Assembly (NCBI GenBank): GCA_032718475.1 | Contig: JAUCBJ010007984.1 | Span: 1-57,973 of the forward strand | From: Nemertoderma westbladi | Lineage: Eukaryota; Animalia; Xenacoelomorpha | Length of the DNA: 57,973 nucleotides | Direction: 5' to 3' | Shown here: positions 9,284-21,503 of the stretch, in pieces | How the letters are laid out: each line of letters opens with the position of its first letter | Numbering within the stretch: the stretch's first letter is position 1 | The notes under the pieces: model-generated | Databases searched by the model: none | The model's input: only the letters and a program-made list of their open reading frames with translations | What the model was told of the DNA's origin: nothing | Program-made: the position numbers and the translations under genes

Positions 9284-9691
9284 CAAAAGCCTCCATATAT
9301 TATAATATTAACAAACAATAATTCGAATATAAAAACGCACCAAAACAAGTACAAATATAACCCACCACCAGCTGATTCAAACTGTTACCTAGCAACAATA
9401 CAAACAATACAAATTGGTTCAGTACCCATCACCAGTCTGCCACTCTGCCACTGCCAGTACCCAACAAACCCGCCAGACCTCTAACTTCTAAGCCGTCCCG
9501 GCCAATTGGACAAGCTGGTGTTTTCTCAAAAGTGACTAAGTCCCGCCATAATCTTAGCGAAATCAAAGCTGATATTCGAAAGTTCAATCCAAGCACAATT
9601 TTGTGTACATATGTGCTGTGGATAACATTGTACAGGCAATCAAAGTTCAAAATTGTGTACGAATGTCCCGTACTTTACTTTGGAATGAGCC
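7413..9691. mobile_element. Non-autonomous TIR DNA transposon (GG...CC termini, TATA flanks; Kolobok-like)
   Basis: TATA|GGCTCATTCCA at 7409-7423 and TGGAATGAGCC|TATA at 9681-9695. Motif GTCCC(A/G)TACTTTAC repeated about nine times. Internal ~340-bp tandem duplication (~7775-8490). No transposase ORF. Confidence 0.7.
9251..9503 (-). mobile_element. 5'-truncated poly(A)-tailed retroposon with a perfect 13-bp TSD
   Basis: T-run 9250-9280; AATTGGACAAGCT at 9238-9250 and 9504-9516. Confidence 0.85.
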
Positions 9692-11199
9692 TATAATTGA
9701 TTTATTTTATAAGTGATTATTGAATTATTTATATTATTATTATATATTAGACTGCACTAAGAAATTTTTTGTAAAGCCAACATTTTGGCACATCGTGAAT
9801 ACTGATGGATGATGCTTTGAATTCTATTGGAATTTGTACGGAAGTTGTGGTTTTCTAGAATTTGCTGTTTAATTGAATCTGAATGTGTGCATGGGCTTAC
9901 GTAGATCATATACCATTACAGTGCCCGTCTCTGATTGGTCTCCAGAACATCGTCTCCTTATGCGATATTATAAAAAATAGTTCTTTACAGTTCTGTGCAG
10001 ATATTATCAGGATTTTTGGAAGACGTTTGGTCAATATGGATACACAAGCATCGTATTCCTAGAGATATAATTATTATAATCGCATTGATCTGCAGAGATG
10101 AATGACCAAATGGGCATTGACATACAGTAAAACCATATAGAAAACCAACAAATGCGCCGTAATATTAAACTACCACAGATACCTCCAGGTGTGTCAGTAA
10201 TATCAAACAAGGGAAATAATTTGAATGGGAAATCGATTCTCCACAGCTCTACCACGGAAGCCAGGAAACACAGCAACCATGCGGAGAGGCGCACCTTATT
10301 AGTATTAGTTACGCAGCAAACTTAGTAAACAAACTTATCAAACAAGTGCACAAACCCCGTCCGTCCCCATATCGTAACACAACACAACCGCAACCCCACC
10401 ATCACTCAATCGCAATTCCCCGCATAACGAAGACACGGTGAGCGAGGTGGTACGGCGGTAACCTATGGCGACCAAGGTTGTTACACACAGGGGAGGAAAT
10501 ATCGCAATTCCAAAACACATTGTGTTACACATGCACCAATAATGGCACCCGCAATACAAAAAGTAACATACAAAAACGCATGCAACATATGCAAATAAAG
10601 TTGCTGGTACCTGGGTGAAATGCCGAAAACTATCGCAACACGCACCACGGCACATAGGAACGCCGTTCGGAACCAGAACAGCAAAATCTTACCATACAGA
10701 CAGTAGTGGACACCGAAAGCCCAACATCATTATATGTGGCTGGCCACGAGAAAAGGGACCTTATGTCACCGGAGGTCGATTTTGAGTTACTAGGCCTATG
10801 AGATGCAGAATTTTCCAGAGATTTTAACAAAAAAAACGGGGTCTCAATATCTATTTCCAAAAAAAAGTTATAGCGATTTATGTGAAGGTGAATCCGGTAG
10901 CTCTTTTCAAAATAATTTTGTTATTTAAAAAAAATGGAAAATATTAATAATATCATAGCAATTCTTACTACTGTATATAGTTAGGCAGCTCAATGTTATT
11001 CGGCTATTTATACAACTTTTAACACTTTGAAACTATTAATATTGTTAATGAACTATTAAAAAAAAATTTTTGCAAAGTTTAAAAAAAAGCATGTAGGCTA
11101 ACCAAAATTTTTTTTTTAATTTAAATTTTTTTCAAAACAATAAATTTTTTTTTCAAAAAAAATTTTTTTTTACAAAATTTAAAATTATTCGTATATTGA

Positions 11200-11610
11200 A
11201 TTCATTATTGGGAGTGTTGTAGATGTCCACCTTGTCCCACCCATATTGTAGAAAGTCTCTATAAAATTTCAAGACAAACGGACAGGAATTAACAAAATGA
11301 CAGGCAATTTACATTCTAGAACATTATCGCCCCCTAGCGGCAGACATTTGAATATTACAGTCTAGGATTCATTCCCAAGTATAATTTCATATTGTAGAAG
11401 GTGTCTACAAAATTTCAAAAGAAACGGACAGGAATTAACAAAATGACAAGCAATTTACATTCTAGAACATTATCGCCCCCTAGCGGTAGACTTTTGAATA
11501 TTACAGTCTGGTATTCATTCTTCAGTGTCACTTAATATCGCATCGCAGTAGGTGCTTACAAATATTCAGAACTAACGAACAGAAATTAACAAAATGACAG
11601 CCAAAGAAAT
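11200..11610. repeat. ~146-bp tandem repeat (about 2.5 units) containing TCGCCCCCTAGCGG
   Basis: AAACGGACAGGAATTAACAAAATGACA...TATCGCCCCCTAGCGG units; motif starts at 11327 and 11473. Confidence 0.75.
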
Positions 11611-12300
11611 TTCACCTAAAATATTTTATTTTAGTTTTTCGCCGAGAAAAAAGTAAAATCAATGCCACTGTGTCACTTTTTTCCCAAAGGAAGAAAGTAA
11701 TACTTTTCATCCGATTTAGTCTTCAGTACATTAAATTTTATTTTTATTGTTTTGAAATTAATACTTAAATTATAAAATATCAGAATATTTGAGCAAATAA
11801 ATAAGCAAACCTGAACATTTTTAAGTATATGAAATGGGTTTAGCCATACTGTAAAATGTGGTTTTTATTGTTGTGACAAGCTGGAACCGGGGGAGCCTAC
11901 ATAGCGCGCACTACTGTAAGCTCTACATATCTATTCTGCTCTATATTCCAACCAAAAATTGGAAAGGGAGCCAATATAACAATATTGGACACAGAAATAC
12001 CGAGCCATTAAGTGGTCCCGACAAGCCCACTTACAGCCACAGGGAAAGGTGGATGATGCAATAGGGCCAGCTGGTGGGTGAGTTGGACCAATGGGAGGGC
12101 GGCATGTGACGTGTATCAGTCAGAGGCCACTGAATCATGTTAGCCTTCTAAAGGCAATGTATTCTACCCATATATAGTACCGGTCATTCATTGTGCAACC
12201 ATTTAGCATTCATTCCATTTATAATGCAAAGGTGAAATAATTTTTCCACCGCTACGTTGCGCTACGCTACAGTGTGCTACCGGTATTACAGTATTCAAAA

Positions 12301-14662
12301 TGCTGCAAAGCCCATAAATTTAGTGGGCCAGTAATTTCTCTTAGATAGAACCCCTGAAACAATAGGTCTAGCACGTCGAAAGTACTTGTCCCTAACTAAA
12401 ATTATATCCTCTTTCAGATGAGACAAATAAAAAGTTAATAGCTCCAGTAGTTTTCGAGTTATGAGGAGTTCCTGGCACCCATGCCATATCAACACCTTTC
12501 GGAATTCATAAAATTACACAAAAAACATCACCCTTCAAAGACTTTGGTATAACCATGAAGCCATACTATGCTTTTTTTGTTTGTTGAATTCATTATTAGT
12601 AATCGAAAGTAAAATTAGAAGCAAAATTTTCATTTTTTTATCAATATATACTAAAAGAGCACCAAACGTGCAAGTAGCACTTTTTTCAAAACGTGGTAAA
12701 TTGGCTATACAGTTTGGCTACTGAGGTTTTAGAATGTGCTGATTTCATTGGGAAGGTTTATTCCTCTACATCAAACATATCGAAAAGTTGTGTAATATAA
12801 CAACATAGGCATGTTGTTATATTAGTTATTAGTCAGTTATTTGTGCCCCTGGAGCGCGAAAAAAACAAGTAGTGGAAATATGATAATGAAAAATCACCAC
12901 GAAAACAAATTGATTTTATGTCCATGTGGTTTTTTGGGATGCTGATCACGAATAAATATGACATTTGAAAATATCGCACCTTGTTGATTACGGCTTTTTT
13001 GGATACGTGTCAAAGTGCGGACCGAAAAATACAAGTAGCACAAATTTCATAATGAAAAATCATTTACCAAATCAACCTGATTTTATAACATTTGGGGTTT
13101 TTTGGGATGCTGATCACGAATATGACACTCATAAATATCGTATTATCCATCCAACCAAATTTGATTTTTTCCCTTTGAAATTTTATGCGACTTGCATTTT
13201 TTGTCCCACCAGATTAACACGAAAAACGATAGTTGCGTTACCACGAATTATTTTTAACGAGTTGTATCGTGATTAGCGACCTTGAAAACCAGTATAGTTT
13301 CAGAATTACCAAACCTAAAGGCAAAATTTAACAGTTTCAAATTTTTGCTACTTGTACTTTTCGCTTTGGAGCACCAAAATGGCACCAAAATTGGGTTTGC
13401 ACATACCCGAAATATTTATAACTACTTTCATCGCGATCAGCTACCTCGAAAACCCATGATTGATGCATTGCCAGAAAATTTAAATTTGCCAGAAAGTTTG
13501 ACATGTTTTATCGTGATCAGCGTCCTCGACGAAATCCCTTATAACATCAAAATTGTAATTTTTGAGCCAAGATCTAAAAAATTTCTAAAGTAACCCCCCC
13601 CCCCCTCCATGGTCCAACTGATTACTGTAGTAATATAGCCCGGGCCAGATAGCAGATAGTGTTAAACGTACCGGTAACCCCAGGATAAATATCCCCGACT
13701 GAATATTAATCTCGTAATCTCTTAATTCCGCATCAAACACATAAACACATAGTAGTAGAGTAAAATAAAATAAAGTATCACTTCCTCAAATTAAACGACA
13801 CTATATTCCAGGATAGTTAATAATAATTCCCCTAAATAATATCAGTTCCTCATTATATTGAAGTCGTAATATTAATTTATCTCAGCATATCTATTATGTA
13901 TCAATAACCTTTGTCTATTAAATCCAAGATAGTAAGAACGAACTAACGAACACAGTTAAGGTGGCCACGCATATTGTCTTACTTGAGATCCTCCGAAAGG
14001 GCCGATATGTCCTCAGGGTTTCAGTTATAAGTCCCGCTGGTTTAGGGAGGAGAATAAACCTTGAGGCATTGATGCCTAACACAGTAACAGCATAATGCAG
14101 TCAGCACTATCAGCAGTAATGTAATGCCTAACGCAGTAGTACAGTGCACTGCAAATACCACATACTGAATAATTCACTACATTACCGCACCAGTACCATA
14201 GTACTGCAGTACTGAAATATAAGTGCACTACTCACTGGTTGGCACTTGGTACTTGGCACTGGTTGGCAGAATTTTCGACTGAAACATTGGCCATTTTTGA
14301 AAATACCACAATTTTATAAACCTTGCCAATGAAATCATCACATTCTAAAACCTCAGAAGCCAAACTATACGGCCAAATTACCACTTTTGGCTATTTGAAA
14401 ATTTCGAGCTACTTGTAATTTTGGTGCTCTTTTAGTGTCTATTATAAAATAAACATTGAAAGATTTTATTCTAATTTCGCTTTCGATTACTAATAATTAA
14501 TTCGACTAACAAAAAAATATAATATTTCATTATTATTTATCTCATCTGAAAGAGGACATAATTTTAGTTAGGGACAAGTACTTTCGACGCGCTAGACGTA
14601 TTGTTTCAGGGGTTCTATATAAGACAAATAACTGGCCCACTAAATTTTGGGGCTTTGCAGCA
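12301..14662. mobile_element. Non-autonomous element with long (~350-470 bp) imperfect terminal inverted repeats (foldback/MULE-like)
   Basis: 12301-12430 (TGCTGCAAAGCCC...TTTCAGATGAGA) is the reverse complement of ~14535-14662, and ~12570-12760 mirrors ~14315-14517. No clear TSD. Confidence 0.8.
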
Positions 14663-14799
14663 GCTTGGCGGGTCGTATCTATAGTAGGTCATGAGTAAAC
14701 AAAAACAAGCGCGAAATCGCGCAAAGGTCCGCTTCTACTAACGCATGAAATGTCTCCTTGAATGGCTTACTACCAATCTTACTATCAAAAAACATTCAC

Positions 14800-14872
14800 T
14801 GCGGAATGGGGGATTGAACTCAGTACCTAGAGATACCAAGTCCCACGCTCTGCCAACTGAGCCACTGGGGCC
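14800..14872 (-). pseudogene. tRNA-derived sequence (SINE head or tRNA pseudogene)
   Basis: Minus strand GGCCCCAGTGGCTCAGTTGGCAGAGCG...GAGTTCAATCCC has Pol III A and B boxes; the acceptor stem does not pair. Confidence 0.7.
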
Positions 14873-15680
14873 GTATCAATCCTTAATACCAAAACCTAAC
14901 GAGAAATTAACAACAACAACATCAACAACGGAGTGAATACTACTAGTGGTCTCGCTACGCGGACCTAAAAATAGGAATGGCGCCGAATTACACTCAGTAA
15001 TACTGTAATTATTTGTTACACTGCATTTATTTATTTTCTAAGCCAACCACAACCACACTACTCCTATTAGATGCTACCCCGTGGGCCTAATGGCACCATT
15101 TTTAGGTAAAAAAATGAAGACAATAATTTTATTCTGCGAATATTCAGCAATATTCAGCGTATCTTTCTATGTGTGTTTAATTGGTAGTAACTTCTGGAAT
15201 ATATTTTAAAATAGTTCATCCTCTCAGCTCAGTATTTACACTGGAATATATTTCGATCTGCCGTTTAATAAATACACATACGCCACGCCATAGATACATA
15301 GTTGAAAGTTTAGTGCAATTTAATCACCCGTGTATAATGTTACAATCAAGGTAGATTTATTTCGCTCACAGTCTACTTAATTAGTTTGAGCCATGTATCT
15401 GTTTCTTAGGAGAACTTAAACTTTGTGATTGTAGGACTCGATTCTGAAGGAAATTAGATCATTGGTAAGCCGTGAAATAATTAGATTTACGGCCAGTTAC
15501 AATGAAAGCAGCTACAAAATCTGCGATACTCGCCAATTAATTGTGGTTATTGAAAGTCAATCTAGTTAAAGAGATTTTGGAATGCTAACACGATAACTTA
15601 GAAAATTTCAAAGTTTAATAATGATGAACTTACGTTTCCTCACTCTCAGTGTCATTTCCTAGTTCAGACTGCTTTTAAGG

Positions 15681-15977
15681 GTTGGGTGCTATCTTCGCCC
15701 GCGGGAAATCTTCGCCCGCGGGAAAACTTTGCCCGCGGGAAAACTTTGCCCGCGGGAAAACTTTGCCCGCGGGAAATCTTCGCCCGCGTTCAATCTTCGC
15801 CCATGTCAAACCTATGCACGATTGGGGGATATGAACAGGTTACTGAGACGGCAGAGAGGGCTTTTTCTAACCAAACCAATAAACTACGTTGTTAACAATC
15901 ATTAGAGGGCGAAGATTGCTCCGGGCGAATATTGGACGCGGGCGAAGCTTTCTCGTGGGCGAAGTTTGCTGCGTAAC
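15681..15977. mobile_element. MITE with 9-bp TSD (Mutator-like) and subterminal TT(C/T)GCCCGCGGGAAA repeats
   Basis: CTTTTAAGG at 15672-15680 and 15978-15986; about seven 16-17-bp units on the left and inverted GGGCGAAG units on the right. Confidence 0.7.
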
Positions 15978-16737
15978 CTTTTAAGGTTTGCTTATCACTG
16001 ATTAGCCCAGCAAGGTTTTTAAAGAAAGCTTGCTATGGCTGGTTATGTGAGGTTACATGGTTTACATACCAAATGTAAAATGTAATACCTTTGCAACTGT
16101 CAGTCGATTGTAAGATCACCAGCCTTCGCCTGTCAGCCTATCATCTTCCTATCCTTGTTCGAGTTCAATTGGGGAGAAAATTATGAGTTTCCTGTCTTAT
16201 CTTTTCAGTCATCCCTCTACTGTATTTTAACATTCAAGGAAGAGACAACGTTGAAAGATAGCTGTCTCACCGGACCGTCCATCCATTGTTATAGTATAAA
16301 GTAATTAATCACCAAAGAGTAAACAGGTTGATTGCAAATAATTATTTGACTCACTGTCACTTCAATAATGTCAACTTTACAAACAACAATAGCAAGGACA
16401 TATAACATAGAAGTGATCAAAAATGCATTAACTGAGGCAGTCTTCTAATAAAAAAAATACTGGTCAAAAATGGAAACTAAATTGGCCTAAAGCAGCCACA
16501 GAGAATCATTTTAAAGCATGTTAGATGAAATAAATGATCCTTAAGGGACCGATTTTATATACAGAACCAAAATAAGGCGTATTACAGCCCTTCTATACAT
16601 GCAGTAGGCCTAGTTAAGTTGTAGTTAATCTTATTGTTCAAAGCACTACAATAAACTATTTAAAACAACCAGTAACCACGGTAGCTACGAATCCAACTGC
16701 ATCTAAGTAATCCATGATCTACTCAACGACAGTATAT

Positions 16738-18361
16738 TATGTGACCCAACACATAGAAAGGGGTCAATTGACAAAAAAATGGTTTTTAACTTTTTGTTGG
16801 TTTTATATAGATAATTTAACGGAGAATTTCCCATTGAAAACCATTTGTTAATATCTCTTTTCGTTTTTGAGTTATTGTAGATTTAGTAAGACAAGGTTCG
16901 GAGATAATTTCATGCAACATTCTGAGAAAATTGGATTTAAAATTTTCAAACCTTCCCGCCATTTTCAGAAACCGCTGTGATTTTTCAAACATCATTTGAA
17001 CATTTCTGAATGGAATGGATATTCAATATCATCAACATAATTATAGCATTGGAAGTTTCCATGGACAGTTATTTAATATATTTTGTCAGTTTTAAGGTTT
17101 GACAGATTCTTTACATGTATGTTTGTCTGTCTGTATGTGTCCGTCCCTTATCTTATTTTGTCTATGAAATAATAAAGAAATTGCAATACCTAGTCAAAAT
17201 ATTTGCTACTGAGGGATTTCTTGGTCGGTAATTTTTTTTATGGTGCCAGTTTTAATGTTTGTGAGAATCTACACGGTCAGTATGTTTGTATGTCATTCTG
17301 TTTGTCTGTCTGTATGTATGTATGTATGTCTGACTTACAGACATACATATAAACAGACAGTAAAGATGATGTTCAACGTAAAAATTGATATCACAAATGT
17401 CTTCGCCGACATATAAAACCCCCATAGCCATATTTTGGTTAGGGTTAAATACTTTTCTTAATTTTTTGACGGACATACATACAGACAAACAGACTGACTG
17501 ACTTACAGACATACATAGAGACAGACAGTCAAGATTTCGTAAACATGAAAATCTGACATCGAAAATGGATTCACCGACCTGGAAAACCCCCCAGAACCAT
17601 ATTTTTGTAAAGTTACATTATTTTTTCAATTTTTTAACTGACATACATACAGTTAAATAGTCTGACAGACAGACATACAGACATACATAGAAACATACAG
17701 TTAAGATGATGTTAAACGTAAAAACTGATATCGGAAATGAGTTCGCCGACCTAGAAACCCCCCATAACCATATTTTAGTAAGGTTAAATGACTTTCTTAA
17801 TTTTTTGACGGACATACATACAGACAAACAGACTGACTGACATACAGACATACATAGAGACAGTCAGTCAAGATATCGTAAACATGAAAAACTGGCATCG
17901 AAAATGGATTCACCGACCTGGAAAACCCCCCAGAGCCATATTTTTGTAAAGTTAAATTATTTTTTCAATTTTTTCACTCACATACATACAGACAAACAGA
18001 CTGACAGACAAATAGACAGACATACATAGAAAAAGACAATTAAACGTAAAACGTAAAAACTGATATCGGAAATGAGTTCGCCAACCTAGAAAACCCCCAT
18101 AGCCATATTTTGGTGAGGTTATATGATTTTCTTTATTTTTTGACTGACAAACAGACAGACAAACCGACAGACAGACATTTTCTGTAAGTACTGTAACCTT
18201 AGAAGTTATTTTTTTGGATTCTACGTTAAATTTCGATCTTAAATCAATAAAAAAATGAAATTAAAATTTTTTTTTGTTTTCTATGATTTTTTCATATATT
18301 TGAAATTTCTGGAAAATGAGATTATTTGAAATTGACCCCTTTCTATGTGTTGGGTCACATA
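16738..18361. mobile_element. Non-autonomous DNA transposon with perfect ~32-bp TIRs and internal tandem repeats with (GACA)n/(TACA)n tracts
   Basis: TATGTGACCCAACACATAGAAAGGGGTCAATT at 16738 and its exact reverse complement ending at 18361; repeated AAAACTGATATCGGAAATGAGTTCGCC...AAACCCC units at 17340-18180. Confidence 0.85.
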
Positions 18362-18929
18362 TTTACTTACTCGTATTATTGTATTAATATAATTTCATCC
18401 ATGGAAGGATTAAATCATCTCAATTATTCAGTAATAACTTCGCAACCAATATTAATAGTAGATGTGCTTTACATTGTAGATTGAGTATTTCAATTACGTT
18501 CAACTGAACTTAATTGGTTAGGGTATATATATAGGATACGGAGGTACCCCGGGGTTGTACGATAACATTAATTTTGTATATGCCATGTTAAATATGCTCG
18601 AATCTTGTCAGATGATATTGTATTATAATGGGAAATGACTTCAGAAGAAATAAAAGATAGTTGGGGATTAGTTACTTGAAACATCAAAAATTAGTTGATC
18701 AAAGTAAAAATTAGAGGGATATTATTGATGGAGAGTATTTAAATGTCGGTTGATAAAGTGGTTGGAAGTGATGCACCGTCATTGAAAGATTCCGATAATT
18801 ATTTTGGTCATAAAAATGTCGTTAGTACCTTTGCATATTTTAGGCAGTCAGGGAAATGATAAACAACAACTATTTTAAACAAAACAAATGTAGAAGGCCT
18901 TTAAGTCTCTTTATGACTAAATAGAAGGT

Positions 18930-19245
18930 CTACTATTACTACTATTACTTCTACTACTTTCGGCATGCTGCATTGTAGCTGCATTATATATATTACATAT
19001 ATATTATATATATTATTAAGAATGCTGTGCCGGCTTGTCGACGAAATTGCGCCAAAAACTCCATATCAACCATGACATTTGTTAGACCAACCGCATATTC
19101 AAGGCCAGTGTCATTTAAGAAGCGTTTCAAGAAAGTCATGGGCTGTCTACCATGCTTATTCACACAATGAGGCCGCCAAAGTACAAGATTATGTAGTGGC
19201 TGGTCCTCACGGCGAAACAATGTCTTGCGGCTCCGTTCTAGGCGA
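18930..19245 (-). mobile_element. RTE family 2, 3' fragment
   Basis: FRREDQPLHNLVLWRPH...QPMTFLKR matches the 33200-33410 region; degenerate (CTA)n tail on the + strand. Confidence 0.85.
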
Positions 19246-20239
19246 AACTAATCAAATATAGATTGCAAAATTTAATGATGCTGATGTGATATGTCACTTG
19301 CTATAGACAAAAATTAATTAATAATATAAAAACAATGAAGAAAAATTAATAAATAAAAAACATACTGTTTGTTGGTGGCACATCTGTATCAATCCATAGA
19401 AATGTTTATCATGTATTCTCGCTTTATATCACCCAGCTAAGCCAAAATACCCAATACATGATTTATTTGCGGAAGTGATACTGATGATGATTTATTTACT
19501 AGCTCAAATGCAAATCATTTTACCAGCCCATCAGTATCACTTCCAATTTCGGTTGTCCGCTGTCGGTTTCTGCTGTCGGTTTTTAATTTTATTAAATTAA
19601 TTTTTTCTTTTATAAAATTTTTTAATATACATTTTTTAAATTTGTTTATTTAATTTTATTTTTTTTAATTAAAATTTGTATTTTTGTGTGATACTCATGG
19701 GCGCCTTACGACGTTGTACGGCTGTCGTACGGCCGATAGTATAAATGGGCCTCAAGGCTGAGATTACTCCCGTAATTGAGTTATATTTCATATCCGTACC
19801 TGTGGTATTTTCGTATATTGCAAAAATAAGACAGTAACTTATGTTATTGAGTTATCGTTTATTGTTGTGGTTAGAAAAGCCCGCCAATGTAACCTGCTCC
19901 TTTCCACTAATTATGATTTCTAGGGAGAAAACTGGGGAGTGTTCTCAGCCTAGGCTGAGACGACTGGGGAGTCATTTTTGGTGGAGAGTTATCTCAGCCT
20001 GTTACACCGAGTTGATGTGCGGTTTCATTAGAGTCATTAAACTGCCACTAGGGATCCCCGCTGTCGGTTTATTCGCTGTATCGGTAGTATCCGGGGTGGT
20101 CTGTAGAGTAAGACACTAAAAAAGTTTCATTAGAAATGAGAATATCACAGTCTCTGTAAAACTCTATAAGTTAGAATCTAATTGACGTACTTTATACCCT
20201 CTACGTTTCATAAAGACAAAGTAAGGGTGTAAATGTTAC

Positions 20240-21503
20240 TCCGACAGTAGACCACCGACAGCAGACAACCGACAGCAGAAACCGACAGCGGACAACTGAC
20301 AGCAGACAACCAACATCACACAACTGACATCAGACAACCGACAGCAGACAACCGACAGCAGGCAACCGAAAGCACACAACAAACAGCAGACAACCGACAG
20401 GATACAACCAACAGCAGACAACCGACAGCATTGAACTGACAGCAGACAACCGAAAACAAACAATCAATGGCGGACAACCGAGTTTGTTTAGTTTGAGATA
20501 AATCAAATAGGCCAATTTATATAATTTAATGTTTAGAAAATGAAAAATAACAATTCATGATAGTACGGAGCCCCTCAGTGGACTCAGTGGCCGACGAAAA
20601 ACCAATATCAGACAACCGAGAGCAGACAACCGACAGCAGGCTACCAAAAGCATACAACCAACTGCAGACAAGCGTCATCAGACAACCGAGAGCAGACAAC
20701 CAACAGCAGGCAACTGACAGTAGACAACTAACAGTAAATAACCGACAGTAGACAACTGACAGTAGGCAACCATAAACAGAAACTCGAGAACAGACAATCG
20801 ACAGCAGGCAACCGAGAGCAGACAACCGACAGCACACAGACGGCAGCATACAACAGACAGCAGACAACCGACAGCAGATACCCGTCAGCAGACTAACAAT
20901 GAAAGATAACAGACAACCGACAGCATACAGTATACAACCGACAGCAGTCAAGTGACAGTACCAAACCGACAGCAGACAACCGATAATAGACTACCAGTAG
21001 CAGATACCGACACCAGACAACCGACAGCAGACAACTAACAGTAGACAACCACCAACATATAACCTACAGCAGACAACCGACAGCAGACATCCGACAGCAT
21101 ACAACCGACAGCAGACAACCGACAGCAGATACCCGTCAGCAGACTAACAATGAAAGATAACAGACAACCGACAGCATACAGCATACAACCGACAGCAGTC
21201 AAGTGACAGTACCAAACCGACAGCAGACAACCGATAATAGACTACCAGTAGCAGATACCGACACCAGACAACCGACAGCAGACAACTAACAGTAGACAAC
21301 CACCAACATATAACCTACAGCAGGCAACCGACAGCAGACATCCGACAGCATACAACCGACAGCAGACAACCGACAACAAACAAGCAATGGCGGACAACCG
21401 AGTTTGTTTAGTTTGAGTTTAATCAAATAGGCCAATTTATATAATTTAATGTTTAGAAAATGAAAAATAACAACTCATAATAGTACGGAGCCCCTCAGTG
21501 GAC
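20240..21503 (-). repeat. Degenerate 14-bp satellite (CAGACAACCGACAG)n with internal segmental duplications
   Basis: Reverse-orientation relative of the 22958 array; ~248-bp block duplicated (~20869-21365); ~125-bp unique block at ~20465-20584 repeated at ~21385-21504. Confidence 0.9.

Noticed and set aside
10031-10860. Cluster of 67-105-aa minus-strand ORFs
   Set aside because: No recognisable motifs; Cys/Val richness reflects A/C skew on the + strand.
14800-14872. Functional tRNA gene
   Set aside because: Acceptor and T stems do not pair properly; treated as a tRNA-derived repeat.
17252-17851. Repeated MSVCQSVCLSVC ORFs
   Set aside because: Translation of (GACA)n/(TACA)n tracts inside a non-autonomous transposon.
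20236-20951. Cys/Leu/Ser-rich minus-strand ORFs
   Set aside because: Translations of the degenerate 14-bp satellite.
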